DNA of 10,772 nucleotides. Source: a virus. The DNA is taken from the UHGV virus genome UHGV-1443384; one strand, given 5' to 3'. Under the pieces are notes generated by a model. It worked only from the letters and a program-made list of their open reading frames with translations. It was not told the origin of the DNA and searched no databases. Below are positions 5,146 to 10,772 of the stretch, piece by piece (position 1 is the first letter of the stretch; each line of letters starts with the position of its first letter). A program made the translations under genes and the position numbers.

Positions 5146-6963
5146 TTAATTTTTGCTGTCGTCATTTGTGACCGATGCACATGATGGCATCCAGTCTTCT
5201 GAATCCTCTGTCAGTGTCACATTTGAACGCAAACCGTGCTTCGTTTTCCGTTTTATATACTCCCTGCCATATTCCGCCATTGCCCCCGGCATATCTTTAC
5301 CGAAGCGCGTCAGTGTTACAGGTTTACCGAATCCGTGTGCCCTCATATATGCCAGATAGGCGTGATAAAGATACCTGCGCGGACTGAACGGAATAATTTC
5401 GGCATTACCCACTAACAGACCATCACACATTACCGACGACATGAGATAGCCACAGAAGTCCACCAGCGAATCGCCCTCGCGTTTTATCACCAGAGCTTCT
5501 TCTGATTTCTGCTGCTCATACAGCAGGCGTTTAGCTTCGTCCTGGTCAGAAAAACGAGTAAGCAGATGGCGAATCACAACCGCCAGCTCTCCTTCTATTT
5601 TTTCTGCCAGCATGGGGTCGCGCTCGTTCTCCGGTACAACCTCCGAAAAATTGAATATCACCCGACGACGTGAGATCCCCCCGCTGCGGTCACTGAATGA
5701 CATGGCGTTATTGTTCACCGCCAGCACGACCGCCTGAATGCGTGTTGAGTAGGGGGCTTTATGCTTCGGGTCGATTGCCACCTTGTCACCGCCTGTAATA
5801 GCCTTAATTCCTGCGCCATCACCAGCGTAGCGGGTCATATCCGGCATGATAATCAGCGAAAAGCCAACCACTAACGCGCGTTCCCTTGCATCTTCCAGCG
5901 CCTTCATGCTTGCCGATACTGTGTTGGCCTTACCCGCCAGCATGGTGCAAATCTCCGCCATCACGCTTTTACCACTTCCCCCTGGACCTGTTACCTCAAT
6001 GAATAACTGCCAGTCGTACCGGTTCGCCAGCACCATGAATAATGCAGCCAGCACGCGATCCGTCTTGCGGTCATTCTCTGCCACCGAGCAGCGTAACCAC
6101 TTCCAGAAATTCGGCGCATGTGTTGCCAGCGTTTCCCCCTCTGCTGGTGGGCTGAAAGGTAATTCACTGGCAATTAACAACCAGTCGTTTTTGTTATGCT
6201 CCCGAAAATTACCTGTTCTGGTATCAAATACCCCGTTACTGAATCCAATCAGGTTACGGGCTGTATTCCCCATTACAGGCAAACTTAACTTCATGGTATC
6301 GACCGCCGATTTAATGGCGTTCTGCGAATAGCTGATCTCCGCATCAATGAAAATCTGTGCCATAGCTCGCTGTAATTCTTTATCCTGTACTGGCTCCCAT
6401 ACAACGCCGTTGTAATGGTGAACAGTGTCAGAGTCAGCATGAATCGCCAGTTCACCGCCATAATGTGCCAGGAGAACTTCGCCGCGTTGACTTGCTCCCA
6501 TCTGGTTAAGCGCCAGTGATGAAGCGTTATCGTCTTTTACCCGCTCTTTTTTCTTTACAGGCAGTTCAACTACCTTTTTCTTTTCCGTCAGCTCTCCCCG
6601 CTCACGTTCCAGATATTCGCGCCAGTTCTCCCGTTTCTGGCTGTGCATTCCTTCAGGGTAATAATCAGCATCCCTGACACCTGCCGCTGCCAGTTTCTGC
6701 CCGATGGTATTAACAAGCCCCGGACGCAATAACCCCGCCTGATAGAGACGCACGCGATAGCGTCCGTCCGGTACGATTTGCAGGTTGTCCAGTTCGGCAA
6801 GTTGTTGCTCTCCAAGCCAGACAGGTGGCACGTTATCGCCAGCCAGTCGCCCGTCCTGTTCCTGCCACTGTTTCGCATGTGCCCACGCATCACTACCCGC
6901 AAAAATGATGACTTCCGTCATTTTGTCACGCGGCTGGTGTTTTAAATTTGGCGCTTTTTTCAT
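5146..6963 (-). CDS. DNA primase/helicase, P4 alpha-like (PICI pri-rep type)
   Basis: Walker A motif VTGPGGSGKSV in the central region; large size; adjacent TGTTCACC iterons. Start set at the ATG (6963) preceded by GGAGAG and overlapping the upstream stop; the track ORF begins at GTG 6978. Confidence 0.85.
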   Translation of the reverse strand: MKKAPNLKHQPRDKMTEVIIFAGSDAWAHAKQWQEQDGRLAGDNVPPVWLGEQQLAELDNLQIVPDGRYRVRLYQAGLLRPGLVNTIGQKLAAAGVRDADYYPEGMHSQKRENWREYLERERGELTEKKKVVELPVKKKERVKDDNASSLALNQMGASQRGEVLLAHYGGELAIHADSDTVHHYNGVVWEPVQDKELQRAMAQIFIDAEISYSQNAIKSAVDTMKLSLPVMGNTARNLIGFSNGVFDTRTGNFREHNKNDWLLIASELPFSPPAEGETLATHAPNFWKWLRCSVAENDRKTDRVLAALFMVLANRYDWQLFIEVTGPGGSGKSVMAEICTMLAGKANTVSASMKALEDARERALVVGFSLIIMPDMTRYAGDGAGIKAITGGDKVAIDPKHKAPYSTRIQAVVLAVNNNAMSFSDRSGGISRRRVIFNFSEVVPENERDPMLAEKIEGELAVVIRHLLTRFSDQDEAKRLLYEQQKSEEALVIKREGDSLVDFCGYLMSSVMCDGLLVGNAEIIPFSPRRYLYHAYLAYMRAHGFGKPVTLTRFGKDMPGAMAEYGREYIKRKTKHGLRSNVTLTEDSEDWMPSCASVTNDDSKN

Positions 6964-7259
6964 TTCTGCTCTCTCCACGCGGCAATCATGTTTTTCAGTT
7001 CCTGTAGTTTTTTATCAACATCCATACATGACACATGGTTATTTCTGGAAGGCGGGATTTCCCGCCGGAATCTGCTAATAAAGATCTCCACGTTCAGCGA
7101 ACTATGAAATGAATAGCCATCACGAATAAAATACACACGGTCAAACATCAGTTCTTTTACCGTTACTCTGTTACCGTTCTTATCCAGATAAATAGCGCCG
7201 GGGATAATTTTGGGGTGTGCATAACCGCTGGCAGTCAAGCCAGATAAATATGTTCTCAT
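6960..7259 (-). CDS. Hypothetical protein (99 aa), coupled to the primase
   Basis: Track ORF; TGA stop overlaps the primase ATG. Occupies the position of the small genes upstream of alpha in P4-like elements. Confidence 0.55.
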   Translation of the reverse strand: MRTYLSGLTASGYAHPKIIPGAIYLDKNGNRVTVKELMFDRVYFIRDGYSFHSSLNVEIFISRFRREIPPSRNNHVSCMDVDKKLQELKNMIAAWREQK

Positions 7260-7265
7260 GATTAT

Positions 7266-7586
7266 TTATCCCCGATTTGAATCAGTATTCGCTTTCTTTA
7301 TGGCATTTAATGCATCTGTGGTATTTTCAATGGTGCACCGTAACGAAATATCAAACTGCCCAAGCATTGCCAGTAACAAACCGATATTACCCATATCAAT
7401 GCGCATGGCCTTTTCGTCATAGTCCTCATTTTCTGACGCATGCCACATCAGGCTACCAATTGACGCAATACCCATTGATATATTGTCAGTAGCCCCATCC
7501 GCAGCGGAATAAACCTTTTTAGCAATATCATGCTCACAGTTAAAATGCGGATTAATCAGGTACTGGTAATTTGACATATCAGGCAT
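7266..7586 (-). CDS. Hypothetical protein (106 aa)
   Basis: Track ORF; strong RBS AGGGGG before the ATG at 7586; acidic protein. Confidence 0.55.
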   Translation of the reverse strand: MPDMSNYQYLINPHFNCEHDIAKKVYSAADGATDNISMGIASIGSLMWHASENEDYDEKAMRIDMGNIGLLLAMLGQFDISLRCTIENTTDALNAIKKANTDSNRG

Positions 7587-7782
7587 GGCACACCCCCTGA
7601 CGAATACGGGCAGCGAATACCATCACGCAGCCAGCCGGAGATTGCTGGCGTGCTTCCTGTTCGCTGGTGGCCTCAATGGTAATCACGCGCGGTTGTGCCG
7701 TGCTCAGGGCGATAAAACGCCAGATGTATTTATTCAGGTTGTGCGAGTCCCGCCCTTGCGGGTGTGTGGTATGATTTCTCAT
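7579..7782 (-). CDS. Small protein (67 aa), possibly Icd-like (host cell-division inhibitor family); first gene of the primase operon
   Basis: Internal ATG at 7782 with RBS GAGGTA within the spurious 359-aa track ORF; stop overlaps the next start. C-terminus ...SPAGCVMVFAARIRQGVCHA recalls Icd-like proteins from memory only. Confidence 0.4.
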   Translation of the reverse strand: MRNHTTHPQGRDSHNLNKYIWRFIALSTAQPRVITIEATSEQEARQQSPAGCVMVFAARIRQGVCHA

Positions 7783-7880
7783 AGCTACCTCGATACTTTC
7801 GCTATCGTTGGTGGTTAGACGCCCTGCATGTGTTGCGAGCACTGCGGGGCGTTGCTTAATTTGAGTGACAAAACTCAAAC

Positions 7881-7959
7881 TGTGCGCACAGATTAAAATC
7901 ATGTGTGCGCACATGTCAATACTTAACATCTCATTTTTTTTGCTGTATTGTGTGCGCCC
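7881..7959. promoter_or_regulatory. Divergent promoter/operator switch: TGTGCGCACA palindromes at 23-bp phasing overlapping back-to-back promoters
   Basis: Perfect TGTGCGCACA at 7881-7890 and 7904-7913 (inside the 16-bp palindrome catgtgtgcgcacatg), half-site at 7950-7959. Minus strand TTGACA-17-TTTAAT has one operator in its spacer and one at the start site. Candidate plus promoter TTAACA-17-TATTGT. Confidence 0.5.
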
Positions 7960-7987
7960 ATAAAGTCCATTTAAGTGAGGTGCATCA

Positions 7988-8185
7988 ATGTCTAGCGGTA
8001 ACACAAACAACAAATCAGCAAAGAAAAATATTCGATTCCCACATGAGCTTATAGATGGGATTGATGCCAGCGTTGAACAAGAAAAATTAACTAATCCTAG
8101 TGCTAATTTTTCCGCATGGGTCTTAGATGCCTGTGGACGCAAATTAAAATATGAACAGCGCCGGAAGGCCAAAGAATCAGAATAA
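7988..8185 (+). CDS. YlcI/YnfO-family (DUF3950-like) small protein, possible ribbon-helix-helix regulator (65 aa)
   Basis: Strong RBS GTGAGGTG. Motif NIRFPHELIDGIDASVEQ...NFSAWVLDACGRKL resembles E. coli prophage YlcI/YnfO proteins (NIRFP...NFSAWV..AC.RRL), recalled from memory. Confidence 0.55.
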   Translation: MSSGNTNNKSAKKNIRFPHELIDGIDASVEQEKLTNPSANFSAWVLDACGRKLKYEQRRKAKESE

Positions 8186-8242
8186 TCACTATCAGCGCCG
8201 TGGTGTGAGTAACTACGGCGCATTGCTATGCAGGGCAACACA

Positions 8243-8416
8243 ATGACCGATAAAGAATTGACCAAAACATTATCACCGACACGGAAAAGACGGCGCAGAA
8301 AGATAGAGCATGAATCAGAAAGATTCGCACCTTGTTCGTTTGCTCTTGAGAAATTCCTTAAAGAGCGCAGGAAAAAACTCTCGTTGCAAACCTTGGAACG
8401 AACCGAATCTGACTGA
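8243..8416 (+). CDS. Hypothetical highly basic small protein (57 aa, RKRRRRK tract)
   Basis: Downstream of the YlcI-like gene in the same orientation; operon ends at the terminator at 8481-8508. Weak RBS; the start could be the ATG at 8228. Confidence 0.35.
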   Translation: MTDKELTKTLSPTRKRRRRKIEHESERFAPCSFALEKFLKERRKKLSLQTLERTESD

Positions 8417-8480
8417 TCAAATTGCCCACCAGCCAGCAAATCGCTATGATGTTCGGGCTTATGTTTAGTGTTTTCCCATT

Positions 8481-8508
8481 GGCGACCGCCCCCGGTCGCC
8501 TTTGTTTT
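8481..8508 (+). terminator. Rho-independent terminator, plus strand (GGCGACC gccccc GGTCGCC followed by TTTGTTTT)
   Basis: 7-bp GC stem with T-rich tail, between the plus-strand two-gene operon and the convergent alpA. Confidence 0.6.
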
Positions 8509-8527
8509 ATGTGTCATATGCTCCCCT

Positions 8528-8737
8528 TTACGCTGCCTTTCCTGAATTAATGCGATCCCGGCTTTTAACCCATTCCATAACCTCAGACTTAACCCAGCCA
8601 ACCGAACGACCTCCAAGACTGATACGGGAGGGAAAGCGGCCTTGTTTTTCCATCTCATAACGAGTTGTACGGCAAACGCCTGTTAGCTCTCTGCATTCTT
8701 TTTCACGGATTACACGATCTTCATTTATTTCGCGCAT
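8528..8737 (-). CDS. alpA: AlpA-family transcriptional regulator / excision-associated HTH protein (69 aa)
   Basis: Motif RVIREKECRELTGVCRTTRYEMEKQGRFPSRISLGGRSVGWVKSEVMEWV fits the AlpA pattern. Start taken at the internal ATG (8737); the track ORF extends to GTG 8821. Lies downstream of int as in PICI and P4-like elements. Confidence 0.75.
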   Translation of the reverse strand: MREINEDRVIREKECRELTGVCRTTRYEMEKQGRFPSRISLGGRSVGWVKSEVMEWVKSRDRINSGKAA

Positions 8738-9154
8738 AAAAAGCCCTACATAAAATTTACGTATAGAAATTTTTGTTTCGCTGTGGATATACGGGAAGGA
8801 ATACTTCTTAGCTTTTTTCACCTCTTAAATTGAATACGTAACCTTTCTGAACTTTATGTTCGTCAAAGTTCGCTAGAGTTTGCTGCTGTTCATAAAATCG
8901 TGTCACGAGTTTTTAAGCGACGCAACAAAAAATGTCGTCATTTGGTATGATACTTGAATTATCTTATTAAAAACAAATAGATAAACCATCAGGTGTTGGA
9001 ATAATCAAGAAACAGAAAATAAGAACTCAGAAGAAGATATTTCAATTTTTTCGATGGTTGACACATATAAAGTGAAGATATTTGCAGATATTTTCCGATA
9101 TTCTACGATTTATTCACGGCTGTAATCTCTTAAAGAAAAAACAGCCGTAATTTG

Positions 9155-10393
9155 TCAAGAATTTTGGGTGTAAATTCGCGGGGTCATAACAACGATTTTT
9201 TCATCATTGTTCTGGAGAAGCTCGAGACGGTCTACCCATAGATTAAGAGCATCACGTTTTGCATCAAGATAGCGGGAGTGGTTATAGACTCGTTGCATCC
9301 CTGGCATCTGGTGGGCTGTAAGCTGCTCGACAATATGCGGATCCACGCCTAAATCGTTCAGCATGGTTGTAAATGTGTGCCGGATATCGTGTAACGTCCA
9401 GGGGGCTTGATTAATTCGTCTGTGCGCTGTTCTTCCGTACTCTGCTACCGAAGATTGTCCTTTCAGTTCACCAAGCAATAAGCCCGTGTGTCTGTTCTGC
9501 TCCACCAGCTGCGTGATGAACGGCAAAATGCTTTCCGGTATTGGCCTGAATATGGCGACCTTCGTTTTGCTGTGCTCCTTCGGTACCGTCCAGAGCATTT
9601 CTTTAAAATCCCACTCCTGCACCTCAGAGCGCCTTAGCTCGGTGGTACGGCATCCGAAAACAATCAGGAGGCGAATTAGGGCGCTGTAGTACGGCGGGAA
9701 TATTTTGTCATCCAGGGCGCGGAGTAATTCCCCAAGCTCCTTGTTTGTTAGTACGCGCTCGCTCACTTCTGCTTTTTTTCCCACATCACCGACAACCATA
9801 TCATCAAGAACGTTGCTGATTGCGTATCGTCGTTTTCGGCAGTACTTAAGCGCCTGTTTACATACCTGTAGCAAAAATCCGGCAGATACTGGGCTTCGCT
9901 TTGCCATCTGGTCAAAACATGCCAACCAGTGCCGTAGCTCGCATTTTTCCAACGGCATAGCGCCAATCTGGCTGATTATGTGTTTATTGATCCGGCTTTT
10001 CAGTGATTCGTAGTCAGTGCGCTTTTCCTTTGCATACGATTCAAGCCAGTAAGTGAGCGCTTCCTTAACTGTCACGGGGGCTAACGCATCCTGTACAGCA
10101 CGATTAAGCTCATAGCGCGGATTTTTCCCCTCAGCCAGCCAAGCGCGACACTGTGCCGCTTTTTCCCTGGCTGCTTTCAGGCTCAGATCGGGATAATTGC
10201 CCAGTCTCAGACGTTCCGGTGATACCTGCCTACCAGTTCCAGCCCTGTAAGTGAAATACCAGGTTAACAGGCCGCTGGTGGAATGTCTTACGCTAAGATT
10301 GCCACCGTCATTAAAAAAGGCGTTTTTTGTGGTTGGTGATCCGCTTAATTTTCGTAAAAGAGTGTCGCTAAGTCTATGAATTGCGCTGCTCAT
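9155..10393 (-). CDS. int: Tyrosine site-specific integrase, P4-type (412 aa)
   Basis: C-terminal catalytic motifs WTLHDIRHTFTT (H-x-x-R) and RVYNHSRYL (catalytic Tyr); size and N-terminal arm-binding-type region typical of the P4 integrase family; adjacent to the attR arm repeats. Confidence 0.9.
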   Translation of the reverse strand: MSSAIHRLSDTLLRKLSGSPTTKNAFFNDGGNLSVRHSTSGLLTWYFTYRAGTGRQVSPERLRLGNYPDLSLKAAREKAAQCRAWLAEGKNPRYELNRAVQDALAPVTVKEALTYWLESYAKEKRTDYESLKSRINKHIISQIGAMPLEKCELRHWLACFDQMAKRSPVSAGFLLQVCKQALKYCRKRRYAISNVLDDMVVGDVGKKAEVSERVLTNKELGELLRALDDKIFPPYYSALIRLLIVFGCRTTELRRSEVQEWDFKEMLWTVPKEHSKTKVAIFRPIPESILPFITQLVEQNRHTGLLLGELKGQSSVAEYGRTAHRRINQAPWTLHDIRHTFTTMLNDLGVDPHIVEQLTAHQMPGMQRVYNHSRYLDAKRDALNLWVDRLELLQNNDEKIVVMTPRIYTQNS

Positions 10394-10416
10394 GTTTCGC
10401 GTTTCCGGTCATCAAA

Positions 10417-10484
10417 ATTAACTACACCATTGACTACACCGTGCATCGTACAAGGGCAAACAGTGACGAACAAGGGCGAACAAG
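10417..10484. promoter_or_regulatory. Integrase arm-type binding repeats, right arm (ATTAACTACACC, ATTGACTACACC, CGAACAAG repeats) overlapping the int promoter region
   Basis: Same motif pair as 171-227; CGAACAAG at 10467 and 10477, with degenerate copies at 10446 and 10540-10557. Confidence 0.45.
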
Positions 10485-10560
10485 AAAAACAAAATTTTCC
10501 TTTATAATCATATCGATGAATAAACACAACACACTACCACGAACACCAGCGAACACTAGC

Positions 10561-10581
10561 TGATAAATAACTATCATCTAT
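10561..10581. repeat. Putative attR core (direct repeat tgataaataactatcatctat)
   Basis: 19 of 21 identity with 83-103; lies on the outer side of the right arm repeats. Confidence 0.45.
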
Positions 10582-10772
10582 CGTTGGCATCAGCGACATC
10601 TGTCACATTCCTGTCAATAGCGTTAACTGCTTCAAATTTTTGATTCATACCTGCCCCTTGTCCCCTGTCAAATGCTTGACGGCTCGCCCTAATTCTCTAA
10701 ATTGTATTTCTAGAGTTGGCGAGGTTTTGAACAGCCCCCTCTCTGACCCCGGTTTATTCCATCTTACTTGTA

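Larger units (their letters stand above)
83..10581 (-). mobile_element. Integrated phage satellite (PICI / P4-like chromosomal island), about 10.5 kb
   Basis: Integrase plus AlpA at one end, P4 alpha-type primase with TGTTCACC iteron origin, lambda-type cos plus Nu1-like TerS, flanked by 21-bp imperfect direct repeats with arm-type repeats just inside each. No tail, lysis, portal or large terminase genes. Confidence 0.6.

Noticed and set aside
5153-6331. Plus-strand ORFs inside the primase gene (5153..5359, 5175..5387, 5846..6331) and minus-strand ORFs 5991..6173 and 6588..6902
   Set aside because: Embedded in or antisense to the 605-aa primase, which has a Walker A motif and operon coupling; no independent support.
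7579-8658. 359-aa minus-strand ORF, the second largest in the window
   Set aside because: Low-complexity Ser/Arg/Cys-rich translation that runs antisense through two plus-strand genes with good RBSs, an intrinsic terminator and the operator region. Only its last 67 codons (7579-7782), which have their own RBS, were kept as a possible gene.
1-10772. P4 sid/delta/psu module, portal, prohead protease, large terminase, tail and lysis genes
   Set aside because: Looked for but not present: no ORF of suitable size or motif (no Ogr/Delta C4 zinc finger, no terminase-sized ATPase). The element is therefore not a classical P4-type satellite, not a complete capsid-forming island and not a prophage.

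Overview
The window appears to hold one complete, integrated phage satellite of about 10.5 kb (PICI / P4-like family, Enterobacteriaceae type), with every convincing core gene on the minus strand. It is bounded by 21-bp imperfect direct repeats (83-103 and 10561-10581), each with integrase arm-type repeats on its inner side. Reading along the minus strand from the right: P4-type tyrosine integrase, AlpA, an operator-controlled switch region, three coupled small genes, a P4 alpha-like primase/helicase, an origin with about ten TGTTCACC iterons, an 81-aa protein coupled to an SSB, then a lambda gpE-like major capsid protein, a gpD-like decoration protein, a second AlpA-family HTH protein, a lambda-type cos site, a Nu1-like small terminase and a 93-aa unknown protein. 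The most unusual feature is that the element carries its own capsid shell and decoration genes plus cos and TerS, but no large terminase, portal, protease or scaffold, which points to a helper-dependent packaging and capsid-hijack module. All homology calls come from reading the translations against remembered lambda, P4 and E. coli protein sequences; no database search was run.
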